The translations under genes and the position numbers were made by a program. Of a stretch of DNA of 64,000 nucleotides, positions 23,450 to 36,399 are shown in pieces; the stretch's first letter is position 1, and each line of letters begins with the position of its first letter. The notes below the pieces were generated by a model that saw only the letters and a list, made by a program, of their open reading frames with translations, did not search any database and was not told where the DNA came from. This DNA comes from Octopus bimaculoides (Eukaryota): NCBI RefSeq assembly GCF_001194135.2, contig NC_068998.1, positions 3,732,662 through 3,796,661 on the forward strand, written 5' to 3'.

Positions 23450-23880
23450 ATCACTTGTGCGTCCGCCTATTCACGTCTTCCTCTCTCAAACAATTACAGC
23501 TACACACAATCCACACGCACACCACTACACCAGGCCATTATACTATCATCTTTGCACACCTCCATACATCCCACGAAATCACATATTTCCTCTTAAGCCC
23601 AGAGCTACACACGGACATCCTCTTATACGTACACACACTTCACCAGCCCCTTCTACTTTTTTAACTCTCTCACAGAACCGATTCCCACTTGGATCCAAGC
23701 TCCTTCGCTTTTACCTCAACCACCTTTTCTCATTCTCATATTAGTTTTTGTTTTTTATTGTTCTTCTGATGAAGGACTAGCATCCGAACCGTCAAGACTT
23801 CCTCCTTTTAAGCGTTTAGCTAACACATTTGTCGAGAGTTGTCCTTCCCTTGTCTTCCTTTTGTGCTCATTGATTCCTAT
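23450..23880 (+). mobile_element. Possible Penelope-like element remnant (pseudo-LTR region)
   Basis: Pyrimidine-rich region carrying the hammerhead at 23762; otherwise degenerate. Assignment is inferred from the ribozyme type. Confidence 0.35.
23762..23797 (+). ncRNA. Minimal type I hammerhead ribozyme motif with one core substitution
   Basis: TCTT-CTGATGA-A-GGA-CTAGCA-TCC-GAAC-CGT-C-AAGA. Stem I TCTT/AAGA, stem II GGA/TCC, CUGAUGA box intact; GAAA changed to GAAC. Confidence 0.6.
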
Positions 23881-24764
23881 AATCTCCCTATATATATNNN
23901 NNNNNNNNNNNNNNNNNNNNNNNNNNNNNNNNNNNNNNNNNNNNNNNNNNNNNNNNNNNNNNNNNNNNNNNNNNNNNNNNNNNNNNNNNNNNNNNNNNNN
24001 NNNNNNNNNNNNNNNNNNNNNNNNNNNNNNNNNNTATATATATATATATATATATATATTTGTGTCCATATTTTTACAAACAGGTTGATTTGAAATCGCA
24101 AAAGTAAAAAGACAACGCATTCAATAATTCGGACGTTTGCTCGTGAGCAGCAAAGTTCTAGCAGCTTCTAGCTAATGCTGATATCATTGGTTATGTCTTT
24201 TTTTTTTTTTACCGATGCCAGTATGAACATATTATTCTCTTTAATCTTTCATACACTTTATTTCTTACGTTGGAATCTCAAACCAAAACAAGGGAGACTA
24301 CTCTACATAACATCAATAAGTTATTTTCCCCCCGATTCTGCTATTAGACAGTAGCAACCTCATCTTGCAGCACTCAGCAGCTACCATCTGCTGTAATATT
24401 TTATACGGCATCCACCGTGAAAAATACTTCGATGAGAGGTGATTTTTTGGTGTACATGAAGAGAAACGTATTCAACTTAGGTTGACTTAGCGTGTATAAT
24501 GAATTCTATATTACTCTTCTGTATATGAAACTTCAAACATACTTAGGGCCTTATCATTGGGTGACATTCATACCTTAGCTGTATCCACTTTGGGGTACTT
24601 TTACAGTTTCACATTTCAACATTTCAGCATTGCGTCACCCTTTCAAAAAGCCTACCCTAAAAAACTGGAACGAAATGAAACATGTACAAGGTCAATCTGG
24701 AATCCATTGAACCGACTCCAACTTCATACGTACCTAGTAGTTATTTTATCGATTCCAGACGGAG

Positions 24765-24990
24765 GGAAGGCGCGTGGATAAGTGGTGAGGGCATTGCACT
24801 CTAGATCGCAAGATCGTAGTTTCGATTCACGGACCGGGCAATGAGACGTGTTCTTGAACAAAACACTTCATTTCGCAGTGATCCTATCCACTCACTGTAA
24901 ATGAGTGAGCCTGCGATGGAGTGATTTCCTTTCCATTTGCAGGCCATGAAAACCGGGTAACTGACCCCATGAGTCCGAGGACGTGAAATA
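24765..24990 (+). mobile_element. SINE family C with short-tail variant
   Basis: GGCGCGTGGATAAGTGGTGAGGGCATTGCACTC...TTTCGATTCACGGACCGGGC...GTTCTTGAACAAAACACTTCATTTC...TCCACTCACTGTAAATGAGT. Confidence 0.7.
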
Positions 24991-25390
24991 TTAATGTCCA
25001 AGGGTTCATAATAGACGGAGTGACGAATGGAACTTCCATACGAGTGCAGGACTGGTTTTGTGTGCAGAGAAGGTTCTATATTCAGAAAATTCACTTAGCA
25101 AGCACATAGTCCGTATTCGACCTCCCTGCATGGCACTTTCGGCCAATGGTCTGGTCAACCCAAGCCTTTTTAGTAAAATTGGAAATTGTGCGGAAGCTCA
25201 TCGAGTACATTGACCCTGTTCTCAGGTAATAAGCAATAAATCCGACACAAAATTTATCACCACTACCATCTGACTTTCGGCTACCCTTAGTAGAATATAC
25301 CCTATTGCAAGTATTCGAGTGGCTAGGTTTTCTGTCATTGGATAACAAGATTTTCCACTCTTTTCACTCACAACTTACTAAAGAACTGTG

Positions 25391-25429
<39 letters not shown>

Positions 25430-26099
25430 AAGGAAAAAGAAAAAGGCGTTGCCCTTGTTCTGGTGATTAAACTAAACAGGGGTCAATAAACTGACATACA
25501 AATTATTTCAAATAATTAGAGTCAGTAAATTCGGTTTCACAGAAAACCCAAAATACACAGTATGTTTAAAAATAACAAGTTTGTCATTATCCACTAACAA
25601 CGGTTACAATATAATGTATAATCAAGTTGCCTAATCATTAATTATTATTATTTTATATTGTATCTAGTTCCAACTGTTTGGATGGCCAACAGAAAGGGCC
25701 GATTTGCAGCACCCGACAAACTTATCCATGCGACCTCGTTTGGATCGAGAAGACGAAGACGAATTGAGAGGGTGGTCAGCAGATGAAAACCAATTCCACA
25801 ATACCAATTATCCGGATCCATGGATATTCCACAAGCTACAAATTTTTATAGAGGGTCTTACTATAATCTTTATTCTTTTTTTTCTTGGGTTATCCATGTC
25901 ACGTCTCGGCTCCTTCCTGCAGCTTAGATACGCAATACTTTGCTCAACACAAGTACTATTCCGAGAATTGCTGCCAACAGTGTACTTCCTATCTAGTTTG
26001 GTGCATTTGGGACCATCTCAAAGAAAGCAATGTTCTAATACGAAAAGCTGAAAGCAACAGAAAACACTACTTCTATGACGTTTTACGACATATAACATT

Positions 26100-27200
26100 T
26101 CTGTGATACTCCAATGTCTTCAGCAATGCTACTTCTAAATTCTACAACATTTGAGAATATTTCTACAAATCTGGAATTATTTTTCAATACTATACAAGAG
26201 TACTAATTGGAATATTTCAAAACTATTATTTGAAAAAAATGAAAGCCAGTGATTCAAACGAGATTTCGGCTATTTATTGTTGAGAAGGTATATTGTAAAA
26301 ATATAGTCATTTACGGCTTAATTTAATTTTTTTTGCAACAGACGTCCATATTTCCAAAATAATCTACAAGATGATAAAACTTCTGCAAAATTCTACAACA
26401 AATGGAAATATTTCACCAACATCCTACAAATCTGGAAATATTTGTAAATTATTATTCAAATGATTACTTCTGCAGAGGTCCACCCACATACTGGAATATG
26501 TCTCTAATATATTACAAGAAAAAGAAAGCAATGATTCCAACCTGATTTAGACAGCAAATGGCTAGATTTTTACAATATTTCTTTGGAACAGATGTTCATA
26601 TTTCTATAAAAAATAGTCCAGAAATATTCTGCCACAAATTTTACAAAATTTTACAAATATATAAAAAAATAAAAAAAATTCCAGCATGTCTTCGACAGGG
26701 AAAAGAAATGCTTTTACAATATTTTTTGAAAAAGATGTCCATATTTCTTTAATAACTTACAAAAAAGGAAATATTTATCGAATATTTCCCCACAGATTTC
26801 AATATTTTTGTAATATTCTACAACGCATTGCAATATATCTTTAGTATTCTTTAGTACGTGCCTATATTTCTAGAAAATTCTATTGAAATTTGAAATATTT
26901 CTATAATATACTGAGGAAAACAAATATTTCTTCAATATTCTACAAATAACAATATTTCTACAATCTACAATAAACAGAAAATGACATTAACTCTTCAATA
27001 TTCTACAATAAACCACAATATTCTTTGCAATATTAGACTGAAAATAATATTTATTTTATGAAAGTCTATAAAAAATAGCAATTTCAATAAAATATTATGC
27101 AAAATATTGCAAAAGTCTATAGCAAGATGCAATATTTCTACAAAATTCTACAGCAAAAGATTTTGCAATATTCTGCAAGTTGCATTATTCTGACAATATT
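26100..27200. repeat. Degenerate AT-rich satellite-like region (AATATTCTACAA / GAAATATTT motifs)
   Basis: Many irregularly spaced TTCTACAA and AATATT(T)C copies. Confidence 0.6.
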
Positions 27201-28684
27201 CTGCACCCAGAATACAGCTTTTACTTCCCTATACGTCCGACTGTGATATCTTGGAAGGAAAAGCAGAATGGTAACAATGCTACTTCTCCGAAATGTTCTA
27301 CCTTGCTTGGAATCCAGTTTTACCCAGTTTTGTGAGAACACACTGAACATACGAAAAATAAAACGTGTAGAGCTTCGAACTAAATACATTTCATTGTATC
27401 ATACATTCTTCGGTACCGAGTTCAAATCGCGCTGAAGAGAGCGTTTCTCTTCCACCCTTCTTGACTTCTATGAAAATGTACTAGTCATATCCTGCAGTCG
27501 ATTCTATAGACTAACTTCCTACCCCGCTTCTTAAAAATTGTTATACATACATGCATCTCACTCTCTCTCAAATATATGAAGAGAGAGAGTGATGGATATT
27601 GATAAGGTTGTAGTTGGGCTTAGAGGTAGAGTTAGGGTCGTGCTCTGTTCATGTTGCAAACATGACTGAAATGATGAGTGAAAGAAAGATGAGTGATGGA
27701 GAGCAAAGAGAATGAGCGAGTGACTGAGAGCAAAGCGGATGAGTGTGTTGGTGCGATTTAGATTGACTGAGATCGAGAGTAAAAGAGAGCAAGAAATGAA
27801 CGATAAAGAGCGAGAACGAATGAAACCTAAAGCAGGCCGACGCACTCCTAGTCTGGGTTAACGAGTAAAGCATCGCTTGTTTATTTCCCCTCAGCAAAAT
27901 TGCATTGTATTTCTGCTAAATAAATTTCAACTTTAATTGCTTCGGAGCGCCACAGAGAGGAGATTAGTTCGTTGCTTGAAGCAGTAAAGGTGTTGCATAA
28001 AAGAGGCTTCTTTACATTGTGGCTGGTTGGCAATCTCCTCGTTGACTAACATTAATGAGATTGTTTAAAGCCAGTAGCGAAGTCGTTAAAGATATCAAAT
28101 AAAAATGCTTTGTGGTATTTATTTACATCTTTTTACGTTCCGAGTTCAAATCCTGTCTCGGTCAGTTTTTCATTGTCAGATTTCCTGGGGCCCGTAATAT
28201 TAGTTTCTGTTAAATGTCATGTCATGTGGCTGTATATAAAAAGATCAATAACATTGACTAGAGCACGGCTCTTCGTCCTCAGTTCGAATCCGACCGAGAG
28301 CAGCTGAGCCTTTTTATCTCTCGGAAGTATCTTTTTATCTCTCGGGAGTATCTTTTTATCTCTCGGATGATTGACAGAATAAGTAGCAGTCAAGTACTGG
28401 GGTCAATATAAACATCAATCTCTAAGATATCAATATAGCAAACTAGAGTATGACTTCCTGTTTATGAGTCACAATTCAATTAGTTATCGTCATTACTTTT
28501 TATTCTTCCAGGGATGGGCCGGGGGCGGGGATGGAATAAAGAATAATTGAAGTACTTGTGAATCGAGTACCTTAACCACCAGACTATGTGCCACCTTCAT
28601 CATGATATACAGGTGTCTTAATAATTCTTCGGAGATTGAAATACGTTTATTTTTTTAAAAGAGCTGAATTCGAAACTCTCATTT

Positions 28685-28897
28685 CTACAATAGGCACAAG
28701 GTCTGGATTTTTGTGGGATGGAACGAGGTTTGGAATTTTGCGGAATGGATTATATCGACCCCAATGTTCAACTGGTACTTATTTTTATCGACCCTGAATG
28801 GGATGAAAAGCAAGGTCGACCTCGGCGGAATTTGAACTCAAAACGTAAAGGCGGACGAAATTACTCTAAGCATTTCGTCTGGCGTGCCAGCTCGCCG
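28685..28897 (-). mobile_element. SINE family B ('TAGAAA' tail type)
   Basis: TTTCTACAATAGGCACAAGG...GTCGACCTCGGCGGAATTTGAACTC...CGTGCCAGCTCGCCGC. Confidence 0.85.
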
Positions 28898-28919
28898 CTT
28901 TACGCTACTAACAAAATAT

Positions 28920-29135
28920 TGTTTTAAATTTTAGAATAAGGCCAGCATTTCGGGATTAAAGGTAAATCGATTCCATCGATCCCCAGTGCTCGACTGGTAC
29001 TTATTTCGTCGACCCCCAAAAGGGATAAAAGGCAAAGTCAACCTCGGCGGAATTTGAACTCAGAAAATAGAGATGGACGAAATGCCAGTAAGCATTTTGT
29101 TCGGCGTGCTGACGATCCTTCCAACTTGTCGCCTT
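28920..29135 (-). mobile_element. SINE family B ('GCTGGCCTT' tail type), tandem with the previous copy
   Basis: AAGGCCAGCATTTCGGG...CCCCAGTGCTCGACTGGTACTTATTT...GGCGGAATTTGAACTCAG...GTCGCC. Confidence 0.85.
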
Positions 29136-29730
29136 AGTCGACCAGCAAAATATTAAATATCCATTAAATTCATTAACTCATTGATTAACATTTAATTTTC
29201 CGTGTTTCGCTTTAAAAAAAAAAAATGTTATTATCAATAAATAATGTCGATAAATCTATACGAATGCCAATATCGAAAAATCTATACAAACGCCAATATC
29301 GATAATGTACTGATTATAATTAATTCAAAATGTTATAGGAAGGGCAAAGTTATTAAAGTTAGATACGGGTTTATTTACTTATTATGGTGTGTGCGGTTAC
29401 AGCAGGGTCTGACTCACTGATGGGTCAGACTAATGACTGATGAGAGATTGACGGTTTGTAACATTTAGTACTCGCGGGCTCAGGCTACATGACTGCAAAA
29501 AGGTACTGCGAATTGAAAGAGGCACCGAAATGGATTAGATTAATCTTTTTATGACTTTTAGAGATCCAATAGGCTGCAAAGTTTCGTGAAGCTTAAAAGG
29601 AGATTATCATCACCTCTGGAAAGAACGATAATCTATTACAGTTAACCTTTAAATCTGATTATTCTAGCAAATGTAATACTTATTTATTCGCATTGTTTTG
29701 AATTAGTTATGCATTGTTTCTTAGCTTTAA

Positions 29731-29940
29731 GGCGTCGAGCTGGTAGAAACGTTGGCAAGCTGGGCGAAAGGCTCAGCGGTACTTCGTCTGTCGTTACGTT
29801 CTGAGTTCAAATTCCGCGGAGGTTGACTTTTTCTTTCATCCTTTCGGGATCGATAAAGTAAGTACTAGTTGCATACTGGGATCGATCTAATCGACTAGCT
29901 CCCTCCCGCAAAATCTTGTGCCTAGAGTAGAAAAGATTAT
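29731..29940 (+). mobile_element. SINE family B, full length, with degenerate TSD
   Basis: GGCGTCGAGCTGGTAGAAACGTT...GTTCTGAGTTCAAATTCC...CTTGTGCCTAGAGTAGAAAAG; flanks ATTGTTTCTTAGCTTTAA / ATTATTTCTTACCTTTGA. Confidence 0.85.
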
Positions 29941-30990
29941 TTCTTACCTTTGAGATTTTGTTTCGTTGTAATTATTTTTAGAATGACATTGTAGGATAGG
30001 TTTGAGAGGCTGGATCTGACTGGTTTGAACATAAAATGTTAGACTACTGACCGGACAGCTAGGTGAATTGAAGCATAGAGAATAAAGTGGCTTCGTTCCA
30101 AAGATAAACGAAGCAAGCACTTACTGAAAGCTTTTAATTCACAAATCTTCAGCTAGAAACCTAATACGGTGCTTCTTGAACCTTTCGTCTTCTACTTAGA
30201 TATGGACAGACCGAAGAAATGTAGAGTCGAGCTCCAACTGGATTTGATTAAATGAATTTCAAAAGACGTAATTTATTATTTCACATGCAACTGGTGTCTC
30301 AGACCGAAGTGGTTATGGCGTTCAGGGTACCTTCACCACCCACCAAGAAAAGCGCAGGTTGAAAATGCAGATAATAGTATAAAATATGGCAATAGAAGAG
30401 TTACGATCTGGATGCGACCTGAACTCCTTTAGAATGTAAGGAGTTAAAGGCCGGAACACTTGCAAGAAGGGACCTTCTTCTCTGAAGACCTTCCGCTGTT
30501 CAGTTCTTCCCTAAAGATTCTAATTAATGATTGTGCGAGTAAGAATGAAGTGCATCATGTGAATAGACCATTCATCAGAGAACGATAATTTAATCAGCTT
30601 ATTCAGATGCGATAATTGGTCAGTTAATTTATTTTTATCTGAAGATTAAAGCAAATAGAATTGAGATTAACCAAAACTTTGACATACATTGAAGACTTCA
30701 TAAATTCAATTGACTCAACCAATCAAAACACATGACTGGTATTTTTTATCGATTCCGGAAAGATGTAAATGCAAACGAGATGTAAGGTGAACATCTGAAT
30801 ATAAAGGGACATAACCAAATATCAAAATAATTTAGTTCGGTGCTCTATGTATTTAGTTCTATGACGAGATTACTGCTCCTAAACAATAATGAAATAAATA
30901 TTTTTTTCTTTTAAGAATTACCAAAAACAAAATTAAAAAAAAGGAGAAAATAAAGAAATTTGGAGGTAAGTAATAAAAGTTGTTAAATTC

Positions 30991-31029
<39 letters not shown>

Positions 31030-32339
31030 ATGTACTGATATTGTATGATTGTCGTTCTTTGGGATTCTAATTGTGGTAAAGCTTAAACTTATTTACGAAG
31101 GTTTTGTCACATCTATCTGTCAGAAAAATACATATCCAAAGTAATCCAGGTGATAATCCAGTGTAAAGTTCAAAGTTGGAGATCCGCAGTCTAATCTGGA
31201 GGAAGTTCGCTTAGGCGTTAAATATGTGGCATAAATAAAATTTTATAAAAATAATAATAAAAATTGATACCAGAAAAGGGACAAATTTTAAGTGTAAAGC
31301 TTATACTGAAATCCGTAGATTATTTCATGCATAATCTTAATTAATCTACCGAGGTGTTAGAGCATCCGATTCGATACTTCACTACATCTTTTCTTGCAGT
31401 GTATAGATCGTTTACCAACATAACATGGCAGTCCTGGTTTAGGACGAATGTTGCTGTAATGTAGCCCCAAGAGACATCGTCTCCAACTGGCTATATGACA
31501 CGATCTGTGTCCTTATATTTGCTAGATTCCCTTGTTTGAAAATATAAGGGCATAGACTGTGTTGTATAGCCTGCACCTAAATTACAGTTCTTGTATGCAT
31601 GCCTTATTTCCTGATATTAGCCATGGGGGCAAAAACAAATCCCCAAAAGTTATCCCGTCATATGGCAGTTAAACACTTGGTCTTAAAATATTAATCAAAA
31701 TATTGAGCAAAAAACGCCCTCCCTCCCAAAAAAAAACCCCCTCTTTTTTCTTTTAATATATATTTTACAGATATTTGAATGGAAAATTATTTGACGGAGC
31801 AACATCTGTGGAATGTGGAATTTGACGAAGAATTTCAAGAAGAATTTCATTTCCTTTGGCTGGGAAATATAGAAATGGCACAAAGACAACGGTTGTTGAA
31901 AGGAAAATTAATTTCTCTTTACTCTCAACGGTGTTGGTTTGGTTCTCTCTTTTTAATGCTCTATTGTAATTGGTGTTGTTGCTTAGCTCCAGGTTGCATA
32001 CTGGAGTCGATCTACTCGACTCGCCCCCTTCCCCCAAATTTGGGGCTTTGTGCCTAGAGTAGAAAAGAATAGTATATAATAATTTAATATATGATAATTA
32101 GATTCCTAGTTGTAAATGTAATTACATGTTTGTCTTGTATTCGGATATAATTTGAAAACTTCATGACTGTCATATTTCAATTATGGAACGTTATTCTTTT
32201 CCAGATATGGTTCCACCAAAATGTGTATTTGATACAACCAGCCTTCCAGATGGAAATTTCTCCGTCTTTAACTGGATAAATATATCAAGAATAATATTGA
32301 CTCCAAATTTCGCCAAGAGTCTGTTTGAATTGTAGGAAA

Positions 32340-32600
32340 GTGCGAGTGAGTGAGTGAGTGAGTGAGTGAGTGAGTGAGTGAGTGAGAGAGAGAGAGAGAG
32401 AACGAGTTTGAGAGAGTGAGTGAGTGAGCGAGTGAAGGAGTGTGAAAGAGAGAGTGAGTGAGTGAGTGAGTGAGAGAGCTAAAAAGAATGAGAGAGGGCG
32501 AATGAGAGAGGGAGAGCGAGAGAGCGAGAGTGAGTGTGAGAGTGAGCGTATGAGAGAGTGAGTGTGTGAGAAAGTGCGAGAGCGAGGCCGTGTGCATGTG
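32340..32600. repeat. (GAGT)n/(GA)n compound microsatellite
   Basis: Directly visible. Confidence 0.9.
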
Positions 32601-32722
32601 TGAGTGTGTGCACGTATGACCGTATTTATAAATATGCACATCATTAGCCAACAGGTGATGAAGTGGCAAATAGTTGTGCCCTGAGAAAAACACACGGAGA
32701 AGGCTGATGAGAGGAAGCTTGC

Positions 32723-32819
32723 CAAATACGAGGAACAGGCAGAGCAGAGCAGAAATCAAGGCAGGCAGGTACATCGCGGTGAACATGAAGTGGATCTCCG
32801 AGCTTTGTGGAAAGTTCAT
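32723..32819 (-). CDS. Candidate first coding exon encoding a signal-peptide-like N-terminus (MNFPQSSEIHFMFTAMYLPALISALLCLFLVF-G)
   Basis: Unique non-repeat sequence with a hydrophobic core. Putative phase-1 GC donor TTTG|GCAAGC; CpG-rich tract upstream. No homologue recognised. Confidence 0.3.
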
Positions 32820-33804
32820 TCTGCAAAGCTCTGACCGGACTTAGAGTTACTGGTGCAGCCAAAAAGTGAACGATAATTCCATCACTGATGATGCAGGGAA
32901 AGCTACAAAGTGGATTTGGATAAAGAGAACAGAGCGGGAGTTGGCTGCTAATGGGGTGGAAGCTGGGATTTGAACAAACCCAACTAAAAAATATGGGAAT
33001 CTCAGAGCGCTTGTGAGATGTCTGTGTGTGTGTGCGAGATGCGCGCGCGCGCGCGCGCGCGCGCGCGAGCGAGCGAGAGAGAGAGAGAGAGAAGTTGCGC
33101 TACAAAGAGTAATGCACACGAACTACATGGAAATAATAGATAAAACAAAAATATTCCAGAAACGGGCTTACATAAATTTATTGCCTTCTTCAGCTGTCAA
33201 TTGAAAATCAGTTTCTGCCAGGTTAATGCTCGAGCGTTTGAACCATATTTTCGTTCTTCCTCTTTACTTCCTTGTTGATCGTTTTTACTTTCATTTTGCA
33301 GTGTGGGTATGTATGTATGTATGTATGTCATTGTTTAGTTTATTTCAAGATTTCTTTCCAATAGAGAAAGAACCAGTTACTAACTTAGATCCAAGGCTCC
33401 TTCGTCGGAATTTCGACATCAACAATAAGGTATGTAGTAGTAGTAGTAGTAGTAGTAGTAGTAATAAAAACATTTGGTTTGTCAATATGGAATTGTTTGC
33501 TATATTTCCCCATGGTTCCAGATTATTTTCTAAATACAAATTTTGCTCAATCACAGACTGATATTAAACGGATGCTAAGTTAATGTTAACGTATTAAATT
33601 ATGCGGGAGTAGAGTGGAAAGGACGTTAAAAAGTTAACTAAAAATAATTATGCAACAGAGAAAAGAAAAACGCAACGCTAGTCAATATTAAATTATTGAA
33701 ATATGGGAAACAACCGCGTACATGTTCTTGCCTTATTAAGACCTCGTCAGCGAAACATAGCTGCACCGTATTTGTAATGAGAGCATCGCTAGGTATATAT
33801 ATAT

Positions 33805-34020
33805 TTTCTTTTACTCTTTTAGTCTGCGGTCAGGCTGGAGCACCGCCTTGTAGAATGAGTTGCACAAATCGACCCCAGTACTTATCTTAAGTTTGGTATT
33901 TATTCTGTTGAACGCTTTTTGGCGAACTGCTGAGTTAAAAGATGTAAACAAACCAACACCATTTATCAATCCTTTGAGGGAAAAACACACATATACACAC
34001 ACATAGACACACAAACACAC
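33805..34020 (-). mobile_element. SINE family A, 3' half
   Basis: GGCTGGAGCACCGCC...AAATCGACCCCAGTACTT...TTTTGGCGAACTGCTGAGTT...ACAAACCAACACC. Confidence 0.75.
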
Positions 34021-34299
34021 TTTGCCTTTTATCCTTTCGGGGTCGATAAATTAAGTACCAGTTGAGGAGTGAGGTCGATGTGATCAACTTGCTCCCTCAG
34101 TTAAAAATTGCTGGCCTTGAGTCAAAAGTTGAAACCGATATTGCAATTGGAAATGAAGAGAAGAGGCAAAATGATATTAAGTGGAATCGACTGGATTTGG
34201 AATATTGGTAAAATCTTGACTACGAGGATTTTGGATTGGTGGGTAAGTTTGGCTGAGTAACTCGCATTCTAGTCAGAATAGTAGTTGAAAGTCTTTAAA

Positions 34300-34965
34300 A
34301 TTACGTAAGGGAGATAATTCCATTAAAATCAGTTGATTGAAGTTTTTTTTTAATTTATGTTGTCAAAACATCACCTATAAGATCTCTGGTATGTAATATG
34401 TCAATTTGAAAATCTTGCATCAGTCGAAATTATTCAAGTTCGATTCTAGGCAGCATCACACTTCAGGTTGCTCCGATCGATTCGGCTGGCAAAAGTGAGT
34501 TGTATCCGTAATTCAAAGAGCCAGCCTTGTCACCTTGTGTTACGCTGAATCTCCCTTGAGAACTACCTTAAATTAGTAAACTATTCCGTTGATTGGATCA
34601 GCTGATACCCTCGTCGACACAGCCTCTTATTAGTCTTGACTAAGCATACATCTGCCCAAAGGAAACGTCCCGACTGTATTTGTATATATGCATTAAAATA
34701 TCCAATATGTTCAACACAGTAGGCTGTGAAATGGGGGAGATTTGACATGTTTATAACTTTTCTAGTCACTACATAATTGCCCCTTTCATTAAAGTGAAAA
34801 GTTTATCTTGTGATGTGATTCTGTAGGAGGCTAAAAAAGAGAAGTGACTCATTCTTTTAAATAACTATACAATTGGATGTCATACATATTATAGTTGATC
34901 GGAATGTTTGGACAAGGTAAACAAAATTTCAATCAGCTGATCTAAATTGAATTATCTCCCTTGCT
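34300..34965. mobile_element. Fold-back/MITE-like element with ~65-bp imperfect inverted termini
   Basis: AAGGGAGATAATTCCATTAAAATCAGTTGATTGAA (34307) is the reverse complement of TTCAATCAGCTGATCTAAATTGAATTATCTCCCTT (34928-34962); further copies of the terminus at ~35795 and ~55280. Confidence 0.55.
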
Positions 34966-35334
34966 TTAAAAAAGATATTTAAAGCAACCCCTTTTAAACT
35001 AAACCTGGTTGAAGCTGGGTATTTCACTGGAGAGATGCTTCTTCTCTCACTTTTCGTGGTGGTACTATGCATCGTTCTCCTCTTTAGCTTCAATCACCTT
35101 CCAAAGGGCTTGTAGCGGTAACTTCCTCTCTTGAATGAGCGCAGTTGTTGATTCTCTTCAAACTGGTCTTTGAACAGTTTCTTTTTTTCTCCTCTAGCTA
35201 AACAATGATCATGATGTAGCTGGCCCTAAGGTATGTAATAAAAAAAGGATGTCAGGTACGTGCACTGCATGTCTGAGCCATTTCAGGTGATACTTATCGA
35301 CTATATTTTGTTATTTGCTTATATAATTTCGGGC

Positions 35335-35705
35335 CCAGAGGTTAGGGCAGCGGACTCGCGGTCATAGGATCGCTGTTTCGATTCCCAGACCGGGCGTTGT
35401 GAGTGTTTATTGAGCAAAAACACCTAAAGCTCCACGAGGCTCCGGCAGGGGATGATGGTGAACCCTACTGTACTCTTTCACCGCAACTTTCTCTCACTCT
35501 TACTTCCTGTTTCTGTTCTGCCTGTAATTCAAAGGGTCAGCCTTGTCACACTGTGTCACGCTGAATATCCCCCCCGAGAACTACATTAAGAGTACACGCG
35601 TCTGTGGATTGCTCAGCCACTTGCACGTTAATTTCACGAGCAGGCTGTTCCGTTGATCGGATCAACTGGAACTCTCGACGTCGTAAGCGACGGAGTGCCA
35701 ACAAA
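35335..35705 (+). mobile_element. SINE family C, full length with long tail
   Basis: tRNA-like head (GTTAGGGCAGCGGACTCGCGG...GTTTCGATTCCC), core TTGAGCAAAAACACC, tail CAGCCTTGTCACACTGTGTCACGCTGAAT...GACGGAGTGCCAAC. Confidence 0.8.
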
Positions 35706-36399
35706 AATTCCGACTAATCAAAGATTTTCAGTTCTGTATGTTACATGCGTAAGCTCTGCATAGTGTTTTGACAATATAGTTAAGAACTACACTTAACTGA
35801 TCTTAATTGAATTATCTCCCTTACTTTAAGATTTTATGTAACTCTAGAAGAGGACAGGGGTTAGTTTCGTATCGTTATTTATTATCAGAATAATAAACCG
35901 TTGAGCGCTGGGATGATAACGATGTTAATGAATCGAATTAGGGATTGATTTACTTTAGCTGCTGTTAGCTTTGTTAGGACACTGGAATGATTTATTTATT
36001 AGGTATTTTTTCATGTTTGTATAATTTTTGTGGTTATAGCGGGGATAACAAAAAGGGATTGGACAATTATTTCTAATTTACCTGGTTAATTATCTCTAAT
36101 TTGTTCGGATAAAAATCTCAAGCGATTCAAATTTGTCAACTCAATGCGAAAGACCTACATCAATGTTTTATCAACATAGATAATAAAAAAATCTTCAATT
36201 AGCTGGTTTTAATTTAGTTAATCCCTTTACCTTAAAAAGTATATTGCTTTCTGTTCTCTTGAGTGGTTGAATTTGTTCCATCCTGTGTCGGGCCCAAGTC
36301 TCTCCATTCTTTCTTTCTGCTTCTCTCTATTATACATGTAAATTTTGCGTCTTACACAATAGTTATATATATTATATGTAATATTTGGAATTTAGTGAT

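Noticed and set aside
25100-25430. Protein-like frames followed by a long poly(A), suggesting a processed pseudogene
   Set aside because: No nearby polyadenylation signal or TSD, the frames are discontinuous, and long A/T runs are common in this window.
35335-35410. tRNA-like sequence (also at the heads of families A, B and C)
   Set aside because: No complete cloverleaf, and each continues into a SINE body; these are SINE heads, not tRNA genes.
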